Source: Phoronis australis
Lineage: Eukaryota > Animalia > Phoronida
Length of the DNA stretch: 64,000 nucleotides
Assembly (NCBI GenBank): GCA_002633005.1
Contig: NMRA01000164.1
Coordinates: 261,452-325,451 of the forward strand
Reading direction: 5' to 3'
In this document: in pieces, positions 49,461 to 63,979 of the stretch
How the letters are laid out: each line of letters opens with the position of its first letter
How positions within the stretch are numbered: position 1 is the first letter of the stretch
Made by a program: the position numbers and the translations under genes
Notes under the pieces: generated by a model
The model's input: only the letters and a program-made list of their open reading frames with translations
The model's database searches: none
Told to the model about the DNA's origin: nothing

Positions 49461-50885
49461 ACCGGAAATAAGAAATTGTGAACGGAAAAAGCACAACCTC
49501 CCGGCTTTCCAGTAATGATTGTGCAAATTACAGTCAAACTGACTTTGTTTCACTGCATGCTAGCCTTGGAGAGATAACTTGCGGAGTTGCCGGATGAGTT
49601 AGCTTGCCCTTTCTAAAGCCCTTTGTGTTTTAAACACTTAGCATATTCACCATGGCCTAGCGTGGTAAAGAAAACATCGAGGGCCGATTTTGCAAGGATA
49701 AGTGGCCTAATTCATTTTTTTCCAAATGACCATATAAGTGGAAATGCAGGTTTAATGTCCCAAAAAAGATCCCGAATTTGATACTTTTACTAACTGCTAC
49801 CCTTCTTACAAAATCTAACGTGTTGAATGAACAAATAACGGGATATTCTGCAGCGCTGTTCGTAGATTAGTTCCTTTCTGACATGATGACTTAACTTAAA
49901 CATAGGGCTGGTTTGTAAGGAGACTTCTTTCTATGAAAATGCATTCATTGATACAAGCGCAGACCCTAGATCACCACTAAAGGGAGCTCTGATAATGTAC
50001 GATCGTAGTGAACACTTAACAATCACATGAAAGAAAAATGTTTGGGTTGGGAAACACCCTGTGGTAACTCGAGTTAAACCATTCCACCTCTCAACTGATG
50101 CCTTTGATATTATTTTGATAAATATATTAGCTATTACCGGGCTAGTTTTAAATTGGCGATAAAACTTAGGACATAATATTAATACATCGGACTATTAAAA
50201 CCGAGAGGGTGGTTCGGGGCTATATACATTGGTTGGCGGGGGAGGGCATTTTCGACGGGGAGAGGCATCTGGGAAGTTCGGAAAGATTCTTGATCAGTTC
50301 AATCTTATATTAATTTTAAGAATCACTGCCAAAGGTTTAAAAGCTTGCAACAGTGCAACAGAAGTCAAGTCGTGAAAAATAGATCTTTTGGATTTTTTTT
50401 TAAATAATGTTCAATGACTGGAAAATGTACCCTCTCATATGGCAGTAATTTTTCATGAAAGTCGCCCTTTCTGAGAAAAACTGGTCGCAAAACAGTCACC
50501 CTCAGAGTGGCAAATCCCATATGCTTCTGGGTTACCCCTGGAAGCTTGAAAAGACTGTTCACTAAAGGATACCATAAATATCCTTCATTGTGGCAGTGGA
50601 CAAGGGAGGAACGACTCTCTCCCACAAACTAGTTAGGGGGACACACTTGATCATCAATGGGAAAATGTCAACCTGCTTTGAAAAGTTGTCAAGTTAATAT
50701 TAAAGTATTAAATGTTTAGGCAAATTAAGCCAATGATATTTTAATATCTAGGTCAGACTTGGGATGACAAATTGTGTAGCAATTAAGCTAGGGTAGTCAA
50801 TAAGGACACTAACATGAAAATAACCCTAAGCCATTACTCACAGCCAGAAATACTTATTCTATCACAATATAACAAAAGCAAAGGT

Positions 50886-50907
50886 TTTATTGAATATGAG
50901 TTTTATT
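50886..50907 (-). terminator. Candidate polyadenylation signals of zfh2/ZFHX, implying a ~3-kb 3'UTR
   Basis: Two minus-strand AATAAA (50886-91, 50902-07) at the end of a stretch that is U/G-rich on the minus strand from the stop at 53940. Confidence 0.35.
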
Positions 50908-53900
50908 TAGGCTACGCCCTCTAAATAGAATGTTATCTGTACATATATAAAATCAAAAGAACCGTGTTTGGAAAGCCAAAACAAGTGACATAGATGAGAA
51001 CCTATTGTAACAACACAAGATAGTAATGATCAATTGAAGACCCAATGATCAGGATTTGCAACAAATCACTGATGTGGACATGTTAATGCCACAGACTAAC
51101 ACTATGTGGCAGCACTTAACAGCAACACAATCACGAGAGACACCTGGTGACTAGCAAAAGAAAAACATGGAATGGCACTTGGTGGCTCTCACACTGACTT
51201 TCAGTCATAATATACCGTAACCAAGTTAGTACGAACAATTCTATAAAAATAACATGCTTTGCATCTAGCATGCATTAGCAATAGCCCGAGTGAGTCAGCA
51301 ATAATTATGTACAAGTATGCAAAGCCAAAACCTCCAACGCAAAAGTATCACAAAAATTTCATGGAAGAGAACTAAAAACACAGTGTACAGTGACTGTTAT
51401 GACCAGGACAATGACAAAACCGTGATTCAGCAATCTACAACACGTTGATGACGATGTCTGACTAGAGCCGAAAGTGGGACAAAAAGTCCTCAATACTTGA
51501 TATGACCACTATAATGAGCCACAACCCTCACCTGTACAGAAAGCTTAGAAATATATTTTCCCACGCATAACAATTAACAATGACATCACAAATCTTGCAA
51601 TTGCAATGTAGAGTACAAGTATACATGCCACATCAACTGGATTTCAACCCCAAAGCTGACCTGTCTGCTGTATACAATGTTTCACTATACATATTGTCAC
51701 CTGATCGCACAACCTACAAAACTATTATCTACAATGGCAAAGTCTACGACTATTTCTTACAGACATTCTAACATAGTTAAATTGAGCCTCTCTATTGTGA
51801 TCACTCGCATTAATGGGCAGTGTCCATTACCCACAATCATAATAAGTCAAGACCAGACACCGAAGCGAGCAAATAACGCTATTTGGAAAATGTTGAAAAG
51901 CCAACTCGCCAAATTACAAAAACCTTTAAAAGATTTTCAAACCCAGAGGTTTTTAAAGGAGGCGTGTGCGTCACTTTATACAGACATTATGGAAACACCA
52001 CAGCATGACTCAAGTGTCTGCACACAATGCTTCAATGAGAATTCCAGCATCACCTAAAACGAAGTCCCTTGATAACTGCATCACAAATGAGATGGGCTTC
52101 CACAGATCCTAATAACAAACAGCACAGGTTCAAATACACATATACAAGCATCATACATTAACAAGAGTGTGTGCGAAATTAGGCCAACTGCAGAAGTTAT
52201 CACAGTACAAGACAAAAGTAATCAGACAAAATACTGTTTCCCGTTATCACAGCTACTATGGTTAACAGTAAAAGTAACTGGTAATAACTATTATGGGGAC
52301 AAGATCATAATTAAACAACAGCTTAACCACCTTATTAACTTTCCTGTTCATTCAGCTTCATTCTGACGATGAATTTGGCTTCTGCCCAGCTGTCATGACA
52401 GAGAATTCTGGCTCATTTTGTCTGAATACTTTTGGCATGTACTGTAGTTACAGAGTTGCTAATAACATGCTCTTCACAACACTGTACCTCCCAACATTGC
52501 CTCAACAATATACAACCTGATCTTTTGTTTTTCTTATCTATGCACAATTCCTAAAACATATATACACCAATAAATCCACTCAGCAAAAGCATGGGACCTA
52601 ATACATAACCTAAAAATGCGATGTTTCACCGTTTTCTTCTCTTTCCTCCCCCATGATTACTATAAACTTTTCAATAAAGGAACAGCAGAATTTCAGTAAC
52701 AACAGAATCTACTCACTTCAGTGGTTCGTTATCACAGTAAGAGAAAAGACGCTGTATTGTACAGGACTCACTTTACAAGTGACCACATTCGCGTTGAGCT
52801 AATCTTTCATATCTGAACGTCGCACATGAAGTCACAGGACGACATAAAAACGGAGCCCATTAAATTTTTTCATTAATTCTACATAAATCCATTAATTCTT
52901 TTCAAATTTTCTAAATTTAAAATTCAGTCTATGGGTGACATTTCCGCACAGTTTTAATGATACGAGTCCGTTTATATTGAATTTCTTTTCAAAAGCATTA
53001 GAATTTTACAAAAAAATTGTTGGGTTCACTTTTTCTCATCCTGCAATTCATACATGGCATCAACTAGCACAGGCAACAAAGAAAAAAATCAAAATACAAA
53101 ATGGCTGCTGTAGCAAAATTGCATATACAAACACGCGCTAGCAAATATAATTCGCATAACACTAGTCACGCAATGGGAATATACCAGTTATAAAATTTTG
53201 TTAATGGCGTTATATAACAAAATGTTAGAGAAAACAAAATTCGGCTTGAAGTTAGTAAATAACAAGTACGGTAACACCAGAGAATAGTAGGCCTAAGGCC
53301 GGTGCAGAGAGTGACTTAAAACACCTTGAACCTTTAAATATGCTAATTAATCCAGCAAAAGTATGATCGTTTTTTTCAAATTCTCCTTATTTTTTTATTT
53401 AAAGTTCAGTCAATGGATCTTTCCACAAAGATTTTACTACACTAACAAGAGAGAGAGAGAATATGCAATGATTACCTAGTTCTTTCCAAAGAGAATTAGA
53501 ATTCAGAATTTTAGCCAATTTTTTGGGGTTTCGTTATTTGGTTTACCCTGTAAAATGTGTTTAACATCACTCAGGTTCGTGGATAACTTTAGATTAAGCA
53601 AGGAATTATCCCTAGTCTACCCCTCAATAACCACCTCAATTATTATGCACTAAACCCTATAAATCCAATATCACAATTCCATTAACCACCGTGTATAAAA
53701 GTAACACAATACGAAATCTACTTCTACTACTGCTACAACTAGTATCAATACCATATATACACATTATTAGCGTTGATATCTTCTTGCACTCAATCATATA
53801 CCACAGCCTTACTTAACCAGGGTCAACAACTTATTCGGCCTCATCACAGGCTTGCCAAAACTGATATTTCATATTCTGTTTATGTCACGTGACGAGCAAA

Positions 53901-53939
53901 CCCCAATGCTACCATGGATCATATGTGCAGCAGTTGGGA

Positions 53940-56900
53940 CTACTCAGACTTCACCTTCTTTGCCGGGGGTTCCTCAGCCTCTTGCTCGCCAGAGCAATGA
54001 CCGTTGTGCTTGGTCACACGTGACTTATGCACATCACTGCTGCAATGCAGCTTGTACTCCTGCAGTGTGTTAAAACTCTCGCTACACGCACTGCACTTGT
54101 ATTGAATCTGTTCCAGCTTAACCATGCATTTCTCGACCGGTACCGTCGACTTGCCGATGAAGCACTGTATCTTCTGGTGCGAGACGCATGCCTCACGAAC
54201 AGGAAACACCATAGTACACTTTTTACAGACATAGCCCACGTCGACGGTGTTTTCGGCCGCGCACTTGTAATCTTTCTCACTAACCGCTGTTTTGAGCTCG
54301 GACAAAGACTTGCTGTCTTGCGTGTACTGGGCATTGGTCGAGTCGGGATCCGCCAATCGGAGACCTACATCACGAATGGCCTGCTGGGGAATCTGTAGCA
54401 GGGTCAGCGGAGTGCCAAAGGTCGTGGGGTCATATGGAAACATGGTCTCTGCTCCTGAAATTGTAGAAAATTTACATAAATAAAAAACACCACGTTATAG
54501 GGACTGAAAGTGTGACATCACCGTACTGGGGTTAGTCTAGAATCTCCTCGACTGCAGATTCTGCCACCTTGGTTTAACTCTTGCCACTTCCCTATAGGAA
54601 AATACATTGGGACAGAAGTTGTAAATAGGTTTAGAACACACGTGGTTAATATGCTAATCTGTATGATTCACAGATGCTGCGGCATGAGTTCCAGGTTTAA
54701 AAAGTTATTTTTGTTGAATTTCTTCAGTTTGAACAAACGCGTTAGTGTAATTGAATAGGCCACTGCCCAAGTTTTTGTCTCCAATTTGGAGTAGTTGCGT
54801 AATCACTTTCCGTTCCAATTCTTCTTACATAATGACAACAGGAAATCAAGAAACTATTGTCCATTTATTGTAACCTTGCATACAGTTTATAACAGTCGAC
54901 TAATCCTTAACTCGCAATAATCTAAAACCACGTTAACACTGACCAAATCCCCTGATTGGTGAAAAGTACCTGCATAAAAACAAAGGGTGACTATCGGTTC
55001 CTGGTATTACTACAGTACTGAAGATGACAGTACATAAGATACCAGCAATGAAAATGACACAGTGGCAATCTTGATACTTTAATCGAGGACAATTGTGGTA
55101 AGAAATTTGTCAGAATCTAAATAAAATCATTTTTACCTGGAAACAGACCAGGCTGCATGAAGGGCAACCCCACCCCGGGGTACATGCCAGGCATGCTAGG
55201 ATACATGAAGGGTAACATGGCCATCGCCGAAGGATCCATGCCAGGAAAGAATCCACCGAAGGGTGACATTAGCTGAGGGTTGGACAGACTGTCAGGGTTG
55301 GGTTCCTTCTTGCCTGCAACAGAACCAACAAAATTGAAGAATTTTACAGACAAAATACCAAACATTGCCAGTTTTACAGACAAAATACCAAACATTGCCA
55401 GTTTTACAGACAAAATACCAAACATTGCCAGTTTTACAGACAAAATACCAAACATTGCCAGTTTTACAGACAAAATACCAAACATTGTCAGTTTTACAGA
55501 CAAAATACCAAACATTGCCAGTTTTACAGACAAAATACCAAAAATTGCCAGTTTTACAGACAAAATACCAAAAATTGCCAGTTTTACAGACAAAATACTA
55601 AAAATTGCCAGTTTTACAGACAAAATACCAAAAATTGCCAGTTTTACAGACAAAATACTAAAAATTGCCAGTTTTCTCAATGGCACGACATTGGTCTCAT
55701 TCTCTTCGGGAAGCAATTAACACAAAAAAAAAACACAAAATTCCCCTTGCTCGGGCAAAATGATTCCTTGAATGCAATCAGAAATTTTCTTGGGGTTATA
55801 ACATCCTGGAAATCACAAAATCAATTTCAACTCACTCAAACGTTTAGCCATAGAAAGATCTATTTCTGCAGAGATAATGATGTTCAACTAGCAAAATGTC
55901 CCTTATAGCAGAGAAATGTCATCAAAACTCCTCATTCCGAAGTTAAAGGCATTTTTTGCATCAGTGAGCAAAGGCCCTAACTGTAACGGTACTCTGCATT
56001 CCTCTAAAACATGATTAGAAACGGAGTCCATTCCACGTACTTTGTGAATAGATAACAACAACGGATGCAGAAAACACTCCACAATATCGGAAACACTGTA
56101 ACAAGTTCTTTCAGTAAGAAGCAGAACCATTACAGACAGCATTATCAATATCTTCCACAGTAACTTTCTGAAGTGTGATAATTGGACTGGTAATCAGCGT
56201 GGGTGATGCGACACCGCCGGGAATGCTTACTAATACACCAGAGTGTTATCAGCATTTTTTAATAAATTTATTGAAAACACAAAAACAATGTACAATAGAC
56301 AAAGGACACGCACATCACACCCACGTCAACGCACTTTGAGACCTGACCACAAATTTAGAACCCGTGTATACTTAAGAAAACAAAAGAGCCAATGAGGACC
56401 ATTTATCGTTAAATTTTTCACATCTCCTGAAATAGATATATTTCCACTTGAATTAACTTGAATAACTCTTTGAAAAATTCAATTGCGGGAGAAGCATTCC
56501 TGAGTGTTTGTCAGTAGATGTGATATTTTCCAAGAAATATAAGTAAATTAATTGTATCCGATTCATGTAATTTGCCAAAGAAAACGTCTGTTGACGAGAT
56601 ATTAAGAATAGATTGTATTTTAGCAATTAATGACTGACTGCAGACTATAAAATATTGGTTGTAATAGAATCCCATTATTTTGCAGCAAGGTAACCAGCCT
56701 ATGAAAAACAGAAATGAGTGAAGAATTACTGTAACAAAATACCCTATAACCCTATACAAAGACCAAACAAATGAAATCTGTTACCATGTGAACGGGCCTC
56801 TGTCTTTGATTCCTTCTTGGCTGGTGGTTCTGTATTATCTTTCTTTCTACTCAAAGAAGCTGGAAAAGGAAAGTCGATAAGAATGATTTGCTCCAGTGAA

Positions 56901-59900
56901 TGCATAGACCAGTTGAAAATGAGATAGAAAAACTTCGAGGTTTACTGTCAAAGAATTCCTGACTTAGGGTTATGTAGGTCCCCAGGAAAATGTTGAAATT
57001 TGGCTTAAGTTTGGAACATCATATCTTAGAAGTGCTCGATTGTATTCAAATGGAGCTTTCACTTACTTCGCTTTATGCATATTTCTCCAAAACTATGCTA
57101 GGGATTGTATTCAAATTGTTCCATTTTTGCATGAGAATCTACCAAATCATGGGACTTGAGTGACTTTTATGAAAAAATCAAAACATTGCACAAAACGAAA
57201 TATTTTACAAAACTGCAACAACAGTGTATTTGAGATTTCATCTTGAACATTTATATCAAATGAAATTTAGTCAATTTACTGATACCGTTGTTTGCTATAA
57301 GTGTGCACTTCCTTTCTGCTACATTTGGCTAACAATGCATGGTCACCTGATCCAGTTAATGACAGATTGGTACGAAGTTAAAAATTAAAGTCTACAGACT
57401 TATAGAATCTGTATTTTTTAAAAAACTTAATTTCCATTGTTTTGTCAATATTTAGCTAAAAGCACAGATTTGTTGATCAGGTCCTAAATAACCTTTAAGT
57501 CACTAGAAATAACATTGTGGTGTTAAAAACTTCAACTTACTTCACAGAAGTATCTGCTCTTCCAAAGCAACTTAGTCGCATTCTTATCCTTTGTTTTGAT
57601 TAGAGATTACTACATTTAATTGCTTGGAATCCTGACGGCCACACTGCCTTGGCAACTGAAACTAAGCTGCCGTGACAAGCAAAACAATGGGCCGGGTCTG
57701 AAGGAATATCGGACAGACAAAGAAATTTTCTGCTGAGAATTTATTTGAAGAGATTTGATTGGTCAATCACAGACGCAATTATATCCCACAGGAAAGCAAA
57801 GACAAAATGAGCCTCGACTAACTAATGACTACCAAACTTTTACCCGGGACTCAACACACGTGAGTCAATTTAGACTTAATTATTAAATTTCAAGCGATAA
57901 GAAGGGTCAATGTGATAGTCAGGTTTTGGAGTAAAATTTGACAGTCATGAGCCCTACAGGCTGCTGACTTAGTTACACTTACCATCAGAGGCTGCCTGTA
58001 ATCCCATAGCCCGCAACTGGGCCAGGTGAGGATGAGAGGACAAAGATGGCTGTTCCCAGTCCTTCTGTGAGCGGCTGGTCTCCAGCTGACGTGCTATCAC
58101 AGTGTCGTGCGGAGATACGCAGTCGATATCATTGTTGGACAAGTATTTTCTGACGGCGCTGACATGCTTCTGGGTGAACACGTGATCTTGGATGGTGTAC
58201 CGGTGCGAGTAGGGAAACTTACAGAGTGTGCACTCCTCAGGGGGTCGTGGTGACTCCGGCTCTGTACCATACGTCTTCTGATAAGCAAGCTTGGCTTTCT
58301 TCTCTTTTGCCCGAGCATTCTGGAACCAGACCTGAACTACGCGTTTCTGAAGTCCGATCTCTTTTCCCAGGAGTTCACACTCGGCCATCGTGGGTGTTTT
58401 GTAGTCCTGGAAAATGTGTTTCATGATCTTGATCTGTACGTTCGTCATCTGCGTCCTATAGCGCTTTGGAGGCAGACGATGGGCCGAGCTCGGAGACGTG
58501 GGACTACTATTCATCATGCTGTCGCCATCTTCAGAGTTTATTTCCGACCTCGAATCTTCATAACTAGTTCGCGACGAGTTGAGATCATCAACGCTGCGCT
58601 CACTGATGTCTGTCTTGGGTCCCTCCATGTGACCCTCTTCTATCTCAGTCTTGACTCTGATTGGCTTACTCAAGTCCAAAGGTGTTTCAATTTGCTTTTC
58701 TGAGGATGCAGATGCAGCCGGCTTGTTTACTTGTTTTGATTTAGGCACATCCATCCGACCAGTGCCACTCAATTCTTCGAGGTATTTCTTTAGGGAGTCT
58801 TCGTAGATTTTCTTCAGCTGAGCTTGAACCGGGTCGTTCATTGAAGGCATTGGCGGTATGAACGGTAGGAATGGTTGCATAGCATACTGTGCTGCCATCA
58901 GCTTGTTCATGTCTAATCCCATTGCACCGGGTGACAGACCAGGGATACTGGGAGGAGCAGTTGGACTAGAAGAAGATCCCTCCTCTTGGGATGCATCCGG
59001 AATGGAATCGATGTCCACAGCTCCTTTTGCCATTTCCTCAGGATGTTTCATTGCCAGATGTGACTCGAGAGCACTCCGGTTGCGGAACAACGCTCGACAA
59101 AACGGACAACGTTTATGAATGAGCTGGGTGTGAGCACGGAACTGCCCCTTCCGTTCCCGTGCACGAGTGTTCTGAAACCAGACTTGAACAACACGCTTCT
59201 TCAGACCAACCTCATCCGAGATCTTCTCCAGCTGTTTGCGGGTCGGGTTGGAGTCTTGCTGGTACTTCTGGTACAAAAAGTCCAACTGTTCTGGAAGAAT
59301 TGTCGTCCGCAGACGTTTGTGCATCGACTCGTCACTGCGATCAAAGTCATCTTCATCTGAACCAGACAGAGGGCGCTTTGTTGGAGAATTCTGCTCAGTG
59401 GCTGTTTCTCCACCAGCAGCGCTCTTGGCAACATTTTGCAAAAGAGCAAAAGCACCATCTGGAGCCAAGTTGGGAAACAAACCTGGGTTCATGGAGTGTA
59501 CCTTCTGATGTTCTACCCACAAGTCATAGCGACTGAATGTGTAGTGACACCTGTCACAACAGTATGCTTGCATTTTCTCCCCAGACTTCTCTTTTTCAGC
59601 CTTGATTTCATTCGAAGGCCCGTCATCCATAGACTGATCTTGACTCGGAGAGGTCTCTTTTATGTCGTTTTTTTCATTGTTACCTTCACTTCCAACAGAG
59701 GAACCAGAATCCTCTTCTAGTTTGAATGGCAGAGGAATGTCTTCGTTCTGATAACAAGTCTTCTTCTGATGCTTGATCAAGTCATAGTAGCGCTGAAACA
59801 CCGTCGCACATTTCTTGCACTGATAGTTCAAGCTTTGGGTGCGAGTATAACGTGAGCCGTCACCATTCTCTGGAGGCTGATTCTCGTAGACTTTTCTGGC

Positions 59901-62900
59901 TTTCTGACGTGCATTCTGGAACCACACAACAATGACACGGGGATTCAAGCCAAGTAGTTTGGACAAGTGTTCTAGATCATCATCCTTAGGGTAGGCGTTC
60001 TGATCAAAGTAATCCTGAAGTGTTTTAATTTGGAAGTCGGTGAACCGGGTTCGATTTGCTCGTCGCATAGACCTGGCCATGAAGGCGTGGCTCTCCAGAA
60101 CATCGCTCGCCCCAGACACAGGGGTGCTAGTTGAAGGAAAATTAGTATAGGACCCATATGGACTAAAAGGTGCCGTGGGAGTTGGAGGCAATGAGTTAGC
60201 AGCTGAACTGGTCAATGACATATTGCTATCCTCATTGAGATCATCATCAACTGGACCTGAAGTCGATTCCAGCTTCTCCTTTTTGATCACTGGCTGTTGT
60301 ATCTGTTGCTGCTTCTCCTCTTCCGTTCTCTCATCCTCCTCAATTGGAGGTAATTTTCCCGTCTTCTGATACTCTTCCAAGTCAATCGATGTTGAAGGCG
60401 GGTTGTCAAAGTTGTAGGGAGAGTCCTTGTTGCGCTGGCGTTCCTTGAACAATGTGTTGCGGAACCAGTGCTTGATGACCTTCTGCGGTAGGCCAGACTG
60501 CTCACTCATGGAGATGATTTGTTCTTCGCTTGGCGAGTTGTTGATATCAAAATGAGCTCTCAGGATCTTCAGTTGCTCATCATTGATACGTGTGCGAGCG
60601 CGTTTCTCACCACTAGATGCACTTGACTGCTGCTGCGACTGCTGAACTGGTGGCTGATGTTGATTGGTCAATGGCTTGGAATCTGCCGTGGAGAGTGATG
60701 GGCTCGGAAAAGGTGCAGGAGACACAGGTGGCAACATCATGGGGAACATTGGTGACTGTAGATTCATGGCCATCTGCATATTAGGAGGATAGAACATTGG
60801 CATAATTCCCAACATAGACATCTGAAGCATCTGTGCTGCAGCCGCATCAAATGATGCTGACGTTGGAGTCGCAGGTGTGGCAGGCTCAGACCGAGGCTCT
60901 GTAGCCGTCTCGGAGGACTGACTGGTGGCTATCGAGAGTTTGTTGGTTTTTTCTTGACGAACGGTGTCCTGTTCCCTGTCCTCATCCATGGTGATGAACT
61001 TCTTGTTGATGTCCTCAGCCACAATATGGCTGTAGTTCTCCACAATGCTAGGAGGTACAACATCGTTGTGCACTTCCTCTCTGTGGCACTTCAGCACCCA
61101 GATACTGGTGAACTTCTTGTGGCATATCGGACAGACGCACTTATTCATTTCTGGAATGCTCGTGTCGACCTCTTTCTCATCGACTTTCTCAACAGATTTC
61201 TCCTCTTTCTCTTCATCTTCAGCCGCTTCTCGTTTTCTCTTGCGTCTCTCTTCCAACAGCGCTTGGTTTAATTCGTTATACTGCATCACGCACTCAAAGC
61301 CGAAATTCTCCAATAGATTCTTCTGCACTTGTAGTTTACGGCTGGACAAATAGCGCGGCAATCTGGCAGCTGGCACACCCGGCGCAGAGAACAGACAGTA
61401 CAGCTGCTGGTGCTGCTGCAAAACTTCAGCAGACACAAACACAGAGTTGCAGCGATTGCACACGTGCATCGCTGAAGTTGTCTGCATTTTCTGGAACGCC
61501 TGCAGCTGTGCATCTACAGAACTGGAGAGCACCGATGTGCAAACAGGAGTGCCCGAGTCTGAGGAAGTTGTCGCTGTCCTTGAAGCTGAAATAACAGATG
61601 GTGCTGACGATGATGGAGCTATTGGCTTGGATTGCTGATGTTGCGTTAACTGCATGGCAAGGCTCAATGGTGTAGACTTTTTCTGTTGTTCAGCCATGGT
61701 AATGGCTGACGCCATCATCTTTGTAGGGTGTTCAATGAGAGGCTGCGACAAGTCGATTTGGCCAGTAGATGCAAGCTCTTGAATCTTGGAAGCTCTGGAC
61801 TGATGAAGGACCGATCGCATGTGAATGTCAAGTGTAGTGCTCTGGGCATAAGCCACCTTGCAGATGTGACATTTGTAGGGTTTGGCATCAGGACTCTGGG
61901 CTGCTGCTGGCACAAAAGTCGATGGTGATGTGATGCTTGTGGTAATAGGGTTCGAATTACTAGGCGTTGGTGAAGGAGAGCAGGTGTTACTAGCTAGCAG
62001 CGAAACCTGGCGCTGTTTGTGAAGATGCGACACAGAGTTGAAATGTACAAGAAGGATGTTCTTCTGTGTGAACGATTCCTTACATGTGTCACACTTGTAA
62101 GGTCGGTTGGGGTCGAGGTATTTCTCCATTGGGTAACTCAGTTTTTCACCCTTGCGATGCAGTAAGGTTCTGTTATGGGCTGACAAGTAGTTCTGCTTTG
62201 TGAAGGCCACTTTACATCGATGGCACTTGTATTTACGTGCAGGGTCATTGAAATTATCTTCTGCCATCGCCTGACTATTCATATAGTCCTCGAGAAACTG
62301 TTTCTCCTTGTACGTAGTTTCCGACTGGTCCACACTGCTGCCATCCGTTGACTCCTGACTGTGAGAGTCTTCATCTTTCGCTACTTTCACGTCATCGATG
62401 TCCTCCACCGAATCTTCTACATTCTCTGCTGAGCCCAGCGAATCACATGGACTAGGGCCAAGCATCATAGCACGCACCTGCTCTATCTCTGCCTCAGTCA
62501 TCGTCTCGAAGTGAGTGGCCTCATAGTGACGATGGAGAGCTGGTAACGAACGGAAACTACGCTCGCAGATGTTGCACTTGGTGGCGGCGCGGATCACGTG
62601 ATACTGCGAGTGCATCTGTAACTTTTCCACCGTCTTGAATGCTAGACTGCACTGGCTGCAGCGGTATTTGTAAACGTGACGCTCTGACACTGCCATCTGT
62701 TGGCGCTTGGCGTGGATTTCGCGGAAGTGCGTCTGCAGGGAGTCCGCTGTCTTGAAATACTGGTTGCAGCCCTTCTTCCAACAGAGGTAGCCAGGGCCAC
62801 GTGGCGTTTGCTTCAACTCTAAGTGCCCCAGCTCATTCTGGTGAGCATACAAGCTGTCGATGGAGAGGAACGTTTTTGTACACATCTGACACCGGTACTG

Positions 62901-63979
62901 CTCGTCGCTTACCTCTGACATGCCTTCTGGAAAAAGAACACGACTGTTAGCGTGTTATCAGTGAACATGGAAACAGGTGAATTGCTTATTACAAAACAGA
63001 GCAGGCAGTGTGGCCCAGTGGGATAACAGGCAGCTTCCTTTACTGAAGGTCGGGGATTGAACTCAATAGCAGCGATCAGCCGAGCATTGCCCAATATATG
63101 ACAAAGGCATAAGTAGTTTGTTTGAATACTTATTGAAACATGCACACATCCTTCTGCAATCCATTACTATTTCAAATGTGGAAAGGCCCAATTGTCAATG
63201 GCAAGGTTTGAACTTATGGTCACCAAGTAAAGAAAGTGAGACTGCAGAAGCTCACACAGGCCCAAAAACCTGCAAGTTAAAAGGTAAAACACCAGCCTTG
63301 TCCCCAAGCCTCAAGCTGGCGCTATTCGGTTTGGCAATTGGAGGCTTGATGGGAAATACCTTCTACGCAATGATTGGCCACTGTCTTGACGTCATAAAAA
63401 CAAAGGCAGGCTTTAATTATTTTCACAGGTCTTTTACTGCAGAAAATAACTTTATAACTTTATATTACTTGTGATAAATGTGTCAGAATTCTGGCACATT
63501 TCATTTCCCATAACCAAGCCTCAAATGGCTAAACCGATCATAGGTTTGGGACAAGGCTTGATAAAACACAAGTTTAGAACAAAATATGGATGCATAATCT
63601 CACTTTAAATTCAAGGTACGGTTAACAAATATGACAAGCATTTTGTTCAGAGCTTATTTACCTTCAGCTTCATTGTCAACGTTCATCGCTTCCTCTTTGA
63701 CTCGGCTCTCTGAATCGGAATCAGGAGTTAGCAGAGGTGAGGATGCCAATCCTTTGTTTGATGGGCTTTGGGTTTTATTGGTACCTTCAGCAATGGGATC
63801 CGTCTCAACCATCACTAGGAGGCGCTGCATTCCCTCGGCCGTGACCTTGTGTGAGCTAAACAAGTGTTTCTGCAGACCATCCTTTTCCGTGAAGCACTCC
63901 TGACACAAGGGGCAGGTCGATTGTGTGGAATTCTGGGATACAACATGACCACTGCGATTCTGGGGATGAGTATCAGCTC
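53940..63979 (-). CDS. zfh2: Zinc finger homeobox protein zfh2 / ZFHX3-ZFHX4 orthologue (5'-partial)
   Basis: Exons 63979-63662, 62926-57983 (4944 nt), 56859-56785, 55313-55137, 54454-53940, all phase-1 GT-AG. Many C2H2/U1-type fingers (MEKYLDPNRPYKCDTCKESFTQKNILLVHFNSVSHLHK) and four homeodomains (KHWFRNTLFKERQR, VVWFQNARQKARK, QVWFQNTRARERK, QVWFQNARAKEKK), diagnostic of ZFHX3/4. Confidence 0.95.
55341..55675. repeat. 30-bp minisatellite, 11 copies, in zfh2 intron next to the 3' splice site
   Basis: Unit GTTTTACAGACAAAATACCAAACATTGCCA. Copies 1-6 have AAC, copies 7-11 AAA; copies 9 and 11 have TACTA. Confidence 0.97.
56964..57498. mobile_element. Possible Kolobok-like MITE in zfh2 intron
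   Basis: Left TTAGGGTTATGTAGGTCC versus reverse complement of the right end TTAAAGGTTATTTAGGACC; degenerate TIR with TTAA-like flanks. Confidence 0.4.
63003..63064 (+). mobile_element. tRNA-derived SINE head (second copy)
   Basis: AGGCAGTGTGGCCCAGTGGGATAACAGGCAGCTTCCTTTACTGAAGGTCGGGGATTGAACTC aligns with the minus-strand head ending at 34330. Confidence 0.5.

Noticed and set aside
55280-55720. Repetitive ORFs (FTDKIPNIAS)n / (LPVLQTKYQT)n and a CRISPR-like periodicity
   Set aside because: A pure 30-bp tandem repeat with no unique spacers, in a eukaryotic intron; the ORFs follow from a stop-free unit.
58097-62781. Numerous short overlapping or antisense ORFs within zfh2 (also within KDM8 and FoxH)
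   Set aside because: Shadow frames of real coding exons with no independent domain signal.
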